From positions 320,001 to 384,000 of the forward strand of contig OZ244905.1 in NCBI GenBank assembly GCA_965221695.1: a stretch of DNA of 64,000 bases, given 5' to 3'. Below are positions 29,076 to 41,451 of the stretch, in pieces. The translations under genes and the position numbers were made by a program. Under the pieces are notes generated by a model that did not search any database, was not told where the DNA came from, and saw nothing but the letters and a program-made list of their open reading frames with translations. The stretch's first letter is position 1. Every line of letters begins with the position of its first letter. The stretch is from Gammaproteobacteria bacterium (GTDB lineage Bacteria > Pseudomonadota > Gammaproteobacteria > Eutrophobiales > Eutrophobiaceae).

Positions 29076-30579
29076 AAGAATAAAGCACAAACCGCATCCT
29101 GGACAAAGCCCGACAGCAGAGGAAGCCGGTCGAGCTTTGATGTTCAAGCCAATCAAACTCGGGGCTCTCACCCTGGAGCAGCGCACCTGGGTGCCGGCGA
29201 TGGTGCCATGGCGCTCCAACGAGGACGGTTTCGTCACCGATGACGTGCTGGACTGGTATCAGCGTTTCGCTCAAGGACAACCAGGGGCCATCGTCATCGA
29301 GGCAACTGGCATTCGGGATATTCCCAGCGGGCCGTTGTTGCGTATCGGCGATGATCGATTTATACCGGGATTGAGGGAGCTGGTGGATGTAGTGAAATCA
29401 GCAAGCAACGGAAAAACCCGCCTGTTGATACAAGTGATCGACTTTCTGACTATACGCCGACGGCCGGATCCGGCTAAATATTTCTCCCGTTTTCTGGTTA
29501 TTACAGACCGTCACAGGGCAATACTGAACGCCCATGATTGGCCGGAAGAACGCGTTAGGACACACTTGGCCGAGTTGCAGGATGAGGAGCTTGACGGGAT
29601 TTTAACTGAAAGGGAACTGGAGACGCTGCGTATGGGATATCGGGAGCGGGTCACTGACCTGCATCTGCCTCATATCAGAAACCTACCCCAGACAATGCCT
29701 GAGCTGTTTGCCCAGGCCGCGCGGCGCGCGATGGAAGCAGGAATCGATGGCGTAGAACTCCATTACGCCCACGCCTACACAATGGCGTCATTTCTGTCCG
29801 CAACCAATTCCCGTAATGACGGTTACGGCGGCAACCGGGAACAACGCGCGCGCCTGCCCCTGAAAACCTTCCGACATGTGCGCAATATGGTTGGCTCCGA
29901 TTATTGTGTGGGCTGTCGCTTTCTTTCCGATGAATGCATCGAAGGAGGCAGTGACGTCGACGATGCCGTGTATTACGCGGTGGAATTTGCGCGGGCAGGC
30001 ATGGATTTTATTTCTCTCTCCCGGGGCGGCAAATTCGACGATGCCAAACAACCGCAAATTGGTTGGGCTGCCTATCCTTATACGGGGCGCAGCGGCTATG
30101 AATGCATGCCTGGCTACATCTCCGATAAAAAAGGTCCTTTTGGCAGAAACATTGAGCCGGTTGCCCGCATCAAACTAGCCATCAATAACGCGGGATATGC
30201 CACTCCCGTAGTCGTCATCGGCGGTTTGCACGGATTTCAACAGGCTGAGACGCTACTGCGCGAGGGAAAGGCGGATATTATCGGCGCCGCCCGTCAGAGC
30301 CTTGCCGACCCTGACTGGTATCTCAAGCTCAAGTTAGGCAAGGGCGACCAGATAAGAGTGTGCGAATATACCAATTACTGCGAAGGGCTGGATACAAAAC
30401 ACAAGCAGGTCACCTGCCAGTTATGGGACCGGTTGTATTTTAATGAGCCAGGGGTTAAATTATCGATTGACGGGCGCCGCCGGCTGCTCGCTCCTGAATG
30501 GGCAGACCTGCCTGATGCGCTTCCGAGCGCCCGGCAAGCGTCCGCAAAAGACGCGCCGGCAAAGACATTCGGCAAATAG
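29059..30579 (+). CDS. NADH:flavin oxidoreductase (old yellow enzyme family)
   Basis: RTWVPAMVPWR, ELHYAHAYTMASFLS..N.R.DGYGG, ARQSLADPDW; alternative start 29140. Confidence 0.85.
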   Translation: MWKPPERIKHKPHPGQSPTAEEAGRALMFKPIKLGALTLEQRTWVPAMVPWRSNEDGFVTDDVLDWYQRFAQGQPGAIVIEATGIRDIPSGPLLRIGDDRFIPGLRELVDVVKSASNGKTRLLIQVIDFLTIRRRPDPAKYFSRFLVITDRHRAILNAHDWPEERVRTHLAELQDEELDGILTERELETLRMGYRERVTDLHLPHIRNLPQTMPELFAQAARRAMEAGIDGVELHYAHAYTMASFLSATNSRNDGYGGNREQRARLPLKTFRHVRNMVGSDYCVGCRFLSDECIEGGSDVDDAVYYAVEFARAGMDFISLSRGGKFDDAKQPQIGWAAYPYTGRSGYECMPGYISDKKGPFGRNIEPVARIKLAINNAGYATPVVVIGGLHGFQQAETLLREGKADIIGAARQSLADPDWYLKLKLGKGDQIRVCEYTNYCEGLDTKHKQVTCQLWDRLYFNEPGVKLSIDGRRRLLAPEWADLPDALPSARQASAKDAPAKTFGK

Positions 30580-30589
30580 ATACCTGTGG

Positions 30590-31024
30590 TTAGCCCATCT
30601 GGCGTTCCTTTATTTCGTCCAGGGTTTTACAATCAATACACAGGGTTGCCGTCGGTCTTGCTTCAAGGCGTTGAATGCCGATCTCCCCACCGCAAACTTC
30701 GCAATAGCCGTAATCGCCTGCATCCAACATCATCAGCGATTCATTGATTTTTTTGATAAGTTTTCGCTCGCGATCACGCGTCCTTAGTTCGAGCGCAAAC
30801 TCCTCTTCCTGGGTGGCCCGATCGTTGGGATCGGGAAAGTTTGAGGCTTCGTCCTGCATATGATGCACGGTTCGCTCCACTTCCTCCATCAGAGCCTGCT
30901 TCCAATCAGTCAACATTTTGCGAAAGCGTTCAACCTGGGCTGGATTCATGTACTCTTCCGCCACAGTCTTGCCGCTCGTCTGTTTTGTCTTGGAGGATTT
31001 TTTCCCCGTTGCGACTTTTTTCAT
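30590..31024 (-). CDS. dksA: RNA polymerase-binding factor DksA
   Basis: DPNDRATQEEE tip; CEVC..CIDC zinc finger. Confidence 0.97.
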   Translation of the reverse strand: MKKVATGKKSSKTKQTSGKTVAEEYMNPAQVERFRKMLTDWKQALMEEVERTVHHMQDEASNFPDPNDRATQEEEFALELRTRDRERKLIKKINESLMMLDAGDYGYCEVCGGEIGIQRLEARPTATLCIDCKTLDEIKERQMG

Positions 31025-31085
31025 CTTAGATTTACACCGAAATGCATTTCAACACATGCCCTTGGACGATACCACAAAGGTTCTG

Positions 31086-31150
31086 GGAAACTCTGAATCA
31101 AGCTATTTCCGCATTTGGCGCGGTACAGACTGCAGGCATATCAGAGCTTC
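31086..31150. repeat. Short MITE-family variant (both termini, different interior)
   Basis: GGAAACTCTGAAT ... ATCAGAGCTTC. Confidence 0.55.
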
Positions 31151-31398
31151 TTCGTCATGTTCATTTGATATCATTCTGTATTTGATGTCAATGGAAATGC
31201 AAGCGCGTTCCGGCGACAGGCATTTTCCAATGTCAATGTTAGAGCCATGATTTGCATCTTGCCAGGGTGTCTGCGCGCAATGCGTATCCTATTCAAGGCA
31301 GCGTGGCCATTTCAGGGTAGCTGCCCTGTAATGTGGTTATGCGCTCTCCTCTGTATGCCACTTGTTTCCTGGCGCGTGAAAAGGTATGGTGATAACTC

Positions 31399-34300
31399 AT
31401 GCGGCTTCGCAAAATCAAACTCGCCGGCTTCAAGTCCTTTGTTGATCCTGTCACGCTGCAGGTATCCGATAATCTGGTCGGCATAGTCGGGCCGAACGGT
31501 TGTGGCAAGTCCAATATTATCGACGCAGTCATCTGGGTGATGGGTGAGAGTTCCGCCAAGCATCTGCGCGGTAATTCGTTGACGGACGTAATATTTAACG
31601 GATCCGGCGCCAGACACCCGGTCGGCCAGGCTTCGGTGGAGCTTGTGTTTGATAATTCTGACGGCAAACTGGGCGGTCCCTATGCCGGATATTCTGAGGT
31701 TTCCATCAAGCGGCAGTTGAGCAGGGATGCGATATCCACATATTTTCTCAATGGCACACGTTGCCGGCGCAAGGATATTCAGAGCATCTTCCTCGGAACC
31801 GGGATCGGGCCGCGCAGCTATTCGATCATTGAGCAGGGTGTGATATCCAGGTTGATCGAAGCCCGGCCTGAGGATTTGCGTGTATTTCTAGAAGAGGCGG
31901 CAGGCATATCAAAATTCAGAGAACGCCGTCGTGAAACAGAAAACCGGATCAAGCACACGCGCGAGAATATCAGCAGACTGACGGATATTCTGGAAGAACT
32001 GGAAAAACAGATGGAACGCCTGCAACGCCAGGCCAAGGCAGCAGAACGCTTCAAATTGCTGAAGGAGGAAGAACGCCAGTTCAAATCTGAATTATTGGCG
32101 CTGGAGTGGAGGGAGTTGTCCGAGCAGGCGGAGGAAAAAAATAAGACTGTCAGCTTCCATGAAACCCGGGTAGAGGAGGGGCTGGCCAGGCTGCGCGGGG
32201 TGGAGGCGGATATTGAAATACAAAGGGATGACTATACTGCGGCAAATGAAACTTTCAACAAGACCCAGGCCGACTTTTATCAGGTCGGTAGTGACATATC
32301 TCACACAGAACAACGGATTAGCCATGTCCAGGAGCGTATCAATACGCTGAGGTCGGAAATGCGCAAATCAAGCGAGGATGAACAGACATTGCAACAGCAG
32401 CTTGCAGAGGATAACAAAGATTTGGATCAGGCCATAAATCAATCACGATCACTGGAGCCGAGCCTGAAGACTGCGAAAACAGCAAGTGAAAACGCCTATC
32501 ACAAGCTGCGTCAGGCAGAGGATTCCTGGCAGAGACTGCAGGCAGAGTGGGATGAGTTGAACCGATCCGCCTCAGGAATCGATAAGCGCATCGAGGTTAA
32601 TACGGCTCGTAATGAGTTACTGCTATCCGGCGTGACCACCCTGGAACAGCAGATGAAGAGTCTGAGGGAAGAATCAGACGCCCTTGCTCCGCTCTCAATG
32701 GAAGGAGAAATAGCGCAATTGTCTGCAGCCAGCTCGGAGAGCGAAAAGCTGCTGGATTTGGATAAGCAGGAATTCAGCGAGACGGCCAATGATCTGCAAC
32801 ATTTTCGCGCCGAGTTAACGCGCATCAATGCGCATATCCTGGATTTGCGCACGACTTGCCAAAAGCGCGAGAGCAGAATCGCCTACCTGGAAACGTTGCG
32901 GCAGGAGGATGACAGTGAGCCTCTGGAACAATGGTTGAACTCCCTGGGACTAGCTGATGCCAATCGGTTGATTGACCAGCTCAGCGTTGAACCGGGCTGG
33001 GAAGCCGCGCTTGAGGCTGTTGCCGGTCAGCGGTTGCAGGATCTCAGCGTCGCCGACCTGCATGCTCCGGGTGGCGCGGCGCAAGCGCTGGATGCCGGTA
33101 GAACCGGTCTGTTGCTCGATAATGCCGGCAATATCGCCTATACGCCCAGAAACTGGCCGCGACTTGTTGACAAGCTCTCCTCTGAGGTTCCGCTGGACGC
33201 GCTGCTGAACAGGATCTACCTGGCGGAAAATGTGGAACAGGCCCGGGAAATCTGCAAGGAATTGGATGAAACCGAATCGGTGGTCACAAGAGACGCGGTT
33301 TGGATGAACAACTATTGGATGAGAATTTATCGAACCGCAACGGATGACCCGGGGCCGCTGGCGCGGGAACAGGAGCTATCCGCTCTGAAAGATGCCAGAG
33401 AGAAGCTTGAAAATGAAATCAGCCTGTTGGAGGACAGCGCGGTGGAACATAACGGGCTTATCGATCAGGCGGAACAACGCGCAAACCTATTGCTGGAGCA
33501 GTTGAATAACAGGCAGGAAGCTTCGGCGGCAACCAGGGAGCAATTTACGGAATTAAGGACCCGATTCGCGCAGGCTCAGGACAGACAACGCCAAATTCAA
33601 CAAGAACTGCAGAAACTGTCCCAGCAAGCAGAACAAGACCAGGCCGAGATAACAGGGCTCTACGCGCAGTTGCAGCAGGACGACGGCGCCAAGCGGGAAT
33701 TATCGGCAAAACGGGAACGCCTTGAAGCGAAGAGAGCTAATCAAGACAACCTGTTGGCCGAGACCCGCGCGCGCTGGCGTGAGGCAAATGACGAAAGCCA
33801 TTCGCTTGCGCTGCGGCTGGAGGCGGCCAGGGCGAAAAAAACATCTGTCGAACACTCGATCAAGCGCTGTGAAGCACAGCTTTCGGCAACCCGGGAGCGT
33901 ATGCGCGAACTTGAAACCACAGAAGACTCGCAGCATAAACCGATGAATGAACTGCGTGAATCCCTGGACCGCAAACTGTCAGATAAACTTGCGTTGGAGA
34001 CAGCGTTGAGCGCGGCCAGAGAAAGCGTTCTGCATCAGGAGAAACTGTTCAGAGACAAAGAGCAGACTCGGGCAGAGTGTGAACTGGCATTACAGGAACT
34101 GCGCGCGGACCTGGAGCAGGCCCGAATCCAGCGCCAGGAAATCATTGTCAGAGTACAGACGCTGGAGGAACGACTGGAGGCTGCGGGACAGACTCCGGCG
34201 GCATTGTTGAACGGACTGGATGAACAGGCTGACAAGCAGTTGTGGCAGAAAAAGATCGATGCTGTTGAAAACCGGATACAAGGTCTGGGCGCCATAAACC

Positions 34301-34902
34301 TGGCGGCAATCGATGAATTCGAGCAGATCAGCGAGCGTAAAAACTATCTTGATAGTCAATACACTGATTTAAACACTGCACTGGAGACCCTTGAAAGCGC
34401 TATTCATAAAATTGACAAGGAGACGCGTTCCCGTTTCAAGGATACATTTAACCGGTTGAACGCGAACCTGAAAGAGAATTTTCCCTTGTTGTTTGGCGGC
34501 GGCCATGCCTACCTGGAAATGACCGCCCCGGATTTGCTGGAGACCGGTGTCACCATCATGGCCAGACCTCCTGGCAAGAAGAACAGCAACATCCATCTCT
34601 TATCAGGCGGGGAAAAAGCCCTGACTGCAGTAGCGTTGGTATTTTCCATCTTCAAGCTGAATCCAGCGCCGTTTTGTATTCTGGACGAGGTCGATGCGCC
34701 GCTTGACGATAATAACGTAAGAAGGTTCAGTGACATGGTGCAAACAATGTCGAAAGATGTGCAATTCATTATCATTACCCATAACAAGATTACCATGGAG
34801 ATTACCCGCCAGTTGCTAGGTGTGACCATGCATGAAGCTGGCGTATCCCGATTGGTTTCGGTTGATATCGATGAAGCGGTGGAAATGGCTGCTTCCGCAT
34901 AA
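31399..34902 (+). CDS. smc: Chromosome segregation protein SMC
   Basis: GPNGCGKSN, long coiled coils, LSGGEK, ILDEVDAPLD. Confidence 0.97.
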   Translation: MRLRKIKLAGFKSFVDPVTLQVSDNLVGIVGPNGCGKSNIIDAVIWVMGESSAKHLRGNSLTDVIFNGSGARHPVGQASVELVFDNSDGKLGGPYAGYSEVSIKRQLSRDAISTYFLNGTRCRRKDIQSIFLGTGIGPRSYSIIEQGVISRLIEARPEDLRVFLEEAAGISKFRERRRETENRIKHTRENISRLTDILEELEKQMERLQRQAKAAERFKLLKEEERQFKSELLALEWRELSEQAEEKNKTVSFHETRVEEGLARLRGVEADIEIQRDDYTAANETFNKTQADFYQVGSDISHTEQRISHVQERINTLRSEMRKSSEDEQTLQQQLAEDNKDLDQAINQSRSLEPSLKTAKTASENAYHKLRQAEDSWQRLQAEWDELNRSASGIDKRIEVNTARNELLLSGVTTLEQQMKSLREESDALAPLSMEGEIAQLSAASSESEKLLDLDKQEFSETANDLQHFRAELTRINAHILDLRTTCQKRESRIAYLETLRQEDDSEPLEQWLNSLGLADANRLIDQLSVEPGWEAALEAVAGQRLQDLSVADLHAPGGAAQALDAGRTGLLLDNAGNIAYTPRNWPRLVDKLSSEVPLDALLNRIYLAENVEQAREICKELDETESVVTRDAVWMNNYWMRIYRTATDDPGPLAREQELSALKDAREKLENEISLLEDSAVEHNGLIDQAEQRANLLLEQLNNRQEASAATREQFTELRTRFAQAQDRQRQIQQELQKLSQQAEQDQAEITGLYAQLQQDDGAKRELSAKRERLEAKRANQDNLLAETRARWREANDESHSLALRLEAARAKKTSVEHSIKRCEAQLSATRERMRELETTEDSQHKPMNELRESLDRKLSDKLALETALSAARESVLHQEKLFRDKEQTRAECELALQELRADLEQARIQRQEIIVRVQTLEERLEAAGQTPAALLNGLDEQADKQLWQKKIDAVENRIQGLGAINLAAIDEFEQISERKNYLDSQYTDLNTALETLESAIHKIDKETRSRFKDTFNRLNANLKENFPLLFGGGHAYLEMTAPDLLETGVTIMARPPGKKNSNIHLLSGGEKALTAVALVFSIFKLNPAPFCILDEVDAPLDDNNVRRFSDMVQTMSKDVQFIIITHNKITMEITRQLLGVTMHEAGVSRLVSVDIDEAVEMAASA

Positions 34903-36942
<2,040 letters not shown>

Positions 36943-36964
36943 TCGAGGGCGCGCCGTTGATTTA

Positions 36965-38548
36965 CTAATCCGGCGCAAGCGCGATATTGCGGCCCCGCGA
37001 GGATGGATGGGCGGTCGGATAGTCAAGAGAATAATGCAAGCCCCGGCTCTCTTTACGACGCAGAGCCGACTCGATAATAAGCTTTGCTGTCAGGGACAGG
37101 TTGCGCAATTCTATCAGGTCGTTATTGATGCGAAAATTGCCGTAATATTCATAGATCTCATCCTGGAGCAGATTGATCCGATGTTTGGCTCGTTGCAAAC
37201 GTTTGTTGGTGCGCACAATACCGACATAGTCCCACATGAAACGGCGTAGCTCATCCCAATTGTGGGATACGACAACTTCCTCATCCGAATCAGTCACCTG
37301 GCTTTCATCCCATTCCGGCAGCGCAGTGAGACGGGTTGACCGATCAAGCTGGTGGCGAATATCCTTGTAAGCGGCATGGGCAAACACCACACATTCCAAC
37401 AAGGAGTTGCTTGCCATACGGTTTGCGCCGTGGAGCCCTGAACAGGACACTTCGCCGATCGCGTACAGCGCTTTGATATCGGCGCGGCCGTTTTTATCAA
37501 TCACTATACCGCCACAAGTGTAGTGCGCGGCAGGCACCACCGGCACGGGCTCCCTGGTGAGGTCGAAACCGTACTGAACACAACGGGCATGTATCGTCGG
37601 AAAATGGTCGATAATGAAATCCTTGTCCCGGTGGCTGATATCGAGATAGACGCATTCGCTGCCCAGGCGTTTCATCTCATGGTCGATCGCCCGCGCCACG
37701 ATATCTCGGGGCGCCAGTTCGCCTCGCGGGTCGAATTTTTCCATGAAGCGGGAGCCGTCCGGCAGCAACAGCTTTGCCCCCTCGCCGCGCAACGCCTCAG
37801 AGATCAAAAATGATTTTGCCTGCTCGTGATACAAACAGGTGGGATGAAACTGGACAAACTCCATGTTGGCAATCCTGCAGCCCGCGCGCCAGGCCATGGC
37901 AATGCCATCGCCGGTGCAGATATCCGGGTTGCTGGTATACAGGTAAACCTTGCCGGCGCCGCCTGTGGCCAGCACGGTAAATCTGGACCTGAACACCTTA
38001 ACCCGGTCCTGTTTCTGGTCATAGACGTAAGCCCCGGCACATCGACCGTCTTTGACGATAAGATCAAGACTGGTATGGAATTCAAACAGCTCAATGTTTT
38101 CATGCGCGCGCGCGCAATACTCAAGCACGTTTTCGATTGCTTTGCCGGTTGAGTCTGCCGCATGCAGGACGCGCCGGTGACTGTGGCCGCCTTCCTGGTG
38201 CAGGTGAAACTCCTGTCCGCCAGCATCAGGAAAACGGGTGAAATTGACACCCAGATCAACCAGCCAGCTAACGCTGTTTCTGCCGTTTTCCACGACAAAC
38301 CTGACCACATCCGGATCGCATAATCCACACCCTGTCTCGATAGTATCGTTGATATGAGACTCGACTGAATCCCGCTCGTGCAGAACAGCCGATACGCCTC
38401 CTTGGGCATAAAATGTCGCTCCCTCTTTCAGGTCTGCTTTGGAGACTACCGCGACATGGGCATGCGCGGCAAGTTGCAGCGCCAGGCTTAAGCCGGACGC
38501 GCCGCTGCCGATTATCAACACATCTGACTGTCGCTGGTCGTTACTCAT
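36965..38548 (-). CDS. nadB: L-aspartate oxidase
   Basis: YAQGG, EGGHS.RR.LH, QFHPT, GLHGANRMASNSLLEC; start ATG 38548. Confidence 0.97.
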   Translation of the reverse strand: MSNDQRQSDVLIIGSGASGLSLALQLAAHAHVAVVSKADLKEGATFYAQGGVSAVLHERDSVESHINDTIETGCGLCDPDVVRFVVENGRNSVSWLVDLGVNFTRFPDAGGQEFHLHQEGGHSHRRVLHAADSTGKAIENVLEYCARAHENIELFEFHTSLDLIVKDGRCAGAYVYDQKQDRVKVFRSRFTVLATGGAGKVYLYTSNPDICTGDGIAMAWRAGCRIANMEFVQFHPTCLYHEQAKSFLISEALRGEGAKLLLPDGSRFMEKFDPRGELAPRDIVARAIDHEMKRLGSECVYLDISHRDKDFIIDHFPTIHARCVQYGFDLTREPVPVVPAAHYTCGGIVIDKNGRADIKALYAIGEVSCSGLHGANRMASNSLLECVVFAHAAYKDIRHQLDRSTRLTALPEWDESQVTDSDEEVVVSHNWDELRRFMWDYVGIVRTNKRLQRAKHRINLLQDEIYEYYGNFRINNDLIELRNLSLTAKLIIESALRRKESRGLHYSLDYPTAHPSSRGRNIALAPD

Positions 38549-38667
38549 ACACGTGCAATATACGGGTTGGCACAATATAATAGATGATAAAGCAAGCTCT
38601 GCTTATCTGAAAGGCAAACAAATCAATATTATTTCCCGGAATTTCTTAGTATCCGGCAACTGGCGCG

Positions 38668-39246
38668 ATGGCTGATAATACATCTGACGAAATACTCGTA
38701 GAACGGGTACAGCATGGAGACAAAAAAGCGTTTGACGCGCTCGTATTGAAGTATCAGGGCAGGATCTTGAACCTGATATCCCGTTTTGTACAAGACCCTA
38801 GCGATGCCAGCGATGTGGCTCAGGAAACGTTTATCAGGGCCTATCGCGCCTTGCCTAAGTTTCGTGGCGAGAGCGCATTTTATACCTGGATCTACCGTAT
38901 CGCGGTGAATACGGCAAAAAATTTTCTGACTGCGGGCGGACGCCAGCCCTTCGAAACGAGAGCGGATTTTGACGAAATGGAACAAATCAGCCAGAGCGAC
39001 ACTCTAAAGGATCAAACAACTCCTGAGAGCCTGGCTCTTACTCAAGAACTTCAGGAGACCATAATGCGGGCAATCGAAGCATTGCCCGCTGATCTGCGTT
39101 CGGCGATTGTCTTACGTGAAATAGATGGATTAAGCTATCAGGAAATTGCAGGGGTAATGGAGTGTCCCGTTGGGACGGTGCGCTCACGCATTTTTCGCGC
39201 CAGGGAAGCAGTAGACAAAGAATTGAAACCCTTACTCATTGATTGA
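38668..39246 (+). CDS. rpoE: ECF sigma factor RpoE
   Basis: DVAQETFIRAYRAL..FRGESAFYTW.YRIAVN; CPVGTVRSRIFRAR. Confidence 0.97.
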   Translation: MADNTSDEILVERVQHGDKKAFDALVLKYQGRILNLISRFVQDPSDASDVAQETFIRAYRALPKFRGESAFYTWIYRIAVNTAKNFLTAGGRQPFETRADFDEMEQISQSDTLKDQTTPESLALTQELQETIMRAIEALPADLRSAIVLREIDGLSYQEIAGVMECPVGTVRSRIFRAREAVDKELKPLLID

Positions 39247-39250
39247 TTTT

Positions 39251-39808
39251 ATGAACGAAGCAAAGAAAGAACTTGTGTCTGCTTTCATGGACGATGAAAT
39301 CGACAGTTTGCAAAATAATCAGGTCGAGCAGATACTGAACGACCCCGAACTGATGGGCGCCTGGTCCCGTTATCATTTGATTTCAGACTGTCTCAAGCGT
39401 CACCTTCCCGAACATCAGGACAGGAAGCTTGCCGGCAGAGTTTCCAGGTCGACGGCACAGGAGCCTTCCATTGTCGCCCCAGGCCGTTTATCCCATTCCC
39501 TGATAAAACCCGCCGCCGGATTTGCCATAGCCGCTTCGGTTGCCGCGTTGGCCATATTAGGCATCCAACAGCAACAGCTTGGCTCTTCTTATGTGTTGCC
39601 GCAGGATGCACCGTCACAAGCCGCGCCTGGACCCAACATTAATGGCAGCGTCTATGCGCCGGCGCTCAAGGTAAGCGCGGGCGGTGGTAAACGCATGGCT
39701 GAATGTGAAAACCGTCCAGTAGAGAACGCGCGTTCGGAAGCTGACAGCAGGCAGCAGCGGGTCGAAAATAAGGCCCCTGATGCGCAATCCAGGATAAATT
39801 GTCCATGA
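39251..39808 (+). CDS. rseA: Anti-sigma-E factor RseA/MucA
   Basis: VSAFMDDE, WSRYHLI.D, FAIAASVA TM helix; follows rpoE. Confidence 0.9.
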   Translation: MNEAKKELVSAFMDDEIDSLQNNQVEQILNDPELMGAWSRYHLISDCLKRHLPEHQDRKLAGRVSRSTAQEPSIVAPGRLSHSLIKPAAGFAIAASVAALAILGIQQQQLGSSYVLPQDAPSQAAPGPNINGSVYAPALKVSAGGGKRMAECENRPVENARSEADSRQQRVENKAPDAQSRINCP

Positions 39809-41235
39809 TTGCAACAAAATCCAGTTATATATTCGCGCTGGTCCTGTCTTGTGTTGCCGGAATGGCGGGCGCCGCCACACTACCTGACTTTACCGTCATG
39901 GTCCGGGAGAACTCGGCCGCGGTCGTGAATATCAGCACGACTATCAGAACAGACAATCCACAAGCGCACGGCAGATCGTATATTCCCGATGTGCCTGAGG
40001 ACAGCCCGTTTTATGACTTTTTCCGCAAGTTTTTTGAAGATCAGGCGCCTGACCAGCGCGGGATGCCCAAAAGAGCTGCCTCACTCGGGTCCGGCTTCAT
40101 TATTTCGACCGATGGCTACGTCATCACCAATAACCATGTGGTCGCCGATGCGGATGAAATCGTCGTCAAGTTGAACGACCGCAGGGAGTTTATCGCCGAG
40201 ATGATAGGCGCCGACAAGCGCAGCGATGTGGCCTTGTTAAAGATCGACGGTAATGACTTGCCCGCGGTCAGATTGGGCAGCTCCGCTGATCTGAAAGTCG
40301 GAGAGTGGGTGCTGGCAATAGGCTCGCCGTTTGGGTTTGACTACTCGGTCACACAGGGAATCGTCAGCGCAATCGGGAGAAGTCTGCCCAATGAAAATTA
40401 TATTCCCTTTATCCAGACCGATGTCGCGATCAATCCCGGTAATTCCGGCGGCCCTTTGTTTAACCTCGATGGCGAAGTCATCGGGGTTAATTCACAGATA
40501 TACAGCCGCACCGGCGGATTTATGGGACTGTCGTTCGCCGTACCTGTCGATGTCGTCTTCAACGTCTATCAGCAGTTGCGGGAAAGCGGCTATGTCAGCC
40601 GAGGCTGGCTCGGTGTGTTGATACAGGACGTGACCCGGGAATTGGCTGAATCATTTGCCATGGACAAACCCCATGGCGCCCTGGTGGCAAAAGTACTGAC
40701 CGACAGCCCCGCAGCGGATGCCGGAATTGAAGTGGGCGATATTATTGTCGGGTACGATGGGGTGGAGATTGCTTTTTCATCCGACCTGCCGCCGCTGGTC
40801 GGTAACAGCAGGATTAATGCCAATGCGACGCTGGAAATCATTCGGGGAGGAAAACGAAAAAAGCTGAAAGTCCTGATTGCCGAACTCCCTGAAGAAGACA
40901 CTCTGGCCGGCGCCGGTAATGCCGAGTCTGAAACAATGCCCGCCAACGACATGAAGATCGTGGTGCGGGAACTTACTGCGACGCAGAGAAAACGTTTGGA
41001 ACTGCCTGAGGGTGGGGTGATAGTGGAAGAAGTCATGGAGGGGCCAGGCAGCGAGGCGGGAATTCGCAAAGGCGATGTGTTGCTTATGATGAATAACCAG
41101 GAAGTGGAAAGCGTCGCCCAGTTTGAGGAGCTTCTCACCGAATTGCCACGCGAACGCCCAATACCCCTGTTGATCCAACGCCGCGGCGCCCCAACCTTCC
41201 TGGCCTTCAAACTGGCTGGCGACGATAAAGAATAA
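39805..41235 (+). CDS. degP: Periplasmic Do/DegQ-family serine endoprotease (MucD-like)
   Basis: TNNHV, SDVALLK, GNSGG, two PDZ domains. Confidence 0.92.
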   Translation: MIATKSSYIFALVLSCVAGMAGAATLPDFTVMVRENSAAVVNISTTIRTDNPQAHGRSYIPDVPEDSPFYDFFRKFFEDQAPDQRGMPKRAASLGSGFIISTDGYVITNNHVVADADEIVVKLNDRREFIAEMIGADKRSDVALLKIDGNDLPAVRLGSSADLKVGEWVLAIGSPFGFDYSVTQGIVSAIGRSLPNENYIPFIQTDVAINPGNSGGPLFNLDGEVIGVNSQIYSRTGGFMGLSFAVPVDVVFNVYQQLRESGYVSRGWLGVLIQDVTRELAESFAMDKPHGALVAKVLTDSPAADAGIEVGDIIVGYDGVEIAFSSDLPPLVGNSRINANATLEIIRGGKRKKLKVLIAELPEEDTLAGAGNAESETMPANDMKIVVRELTATQRKRLELPEGGVIVEEVMEGPGSEAGIRKGDVLLMMNNQEVESVAQFEELLTELPRERPIPLLIQRRGAPTFLAFKLAGDDKE

Positions 41236-41240
41236 TACAA

Positions 41241-41267
41241 GGAAACTCTGACTTAATCAGAGGCTCC
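41241..41267. repeat. Solo terminal hairpin of the MITE family
   Basis: GGAAACTCTGA CTTAA TCAGAGGCTCC, 5 bp after the degP stop. Confidence 0.8.
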
Positions 41268-41451
41268 CTGGATAAGCAGAATTGGTTTCACTGATTTCCG
41301 CTTCTTCTCGGCCAATTGGATGAGACTCTGGCGCACAAGCGCTTGTGCTTGCCTCTGTTGGAGAGCTGTGTTATTTTGCTAATCGTATTTGCTGAACACC
41401 CTGCAATAGCGTCAATTCACTCTTTTGGAAACAACCCCCGATTTAGCCCCC

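Noticed and set aside
31025-31398. Short ORFs in the dksA-smc gap
   Set aside because: No recognisable product; region holds divergent promoters and a repeat remnant
38630-38667. Possible sigma-E autoregulatory promoter (GGAATTT)
   Set aside because: No matching -10 element at the proper spacing
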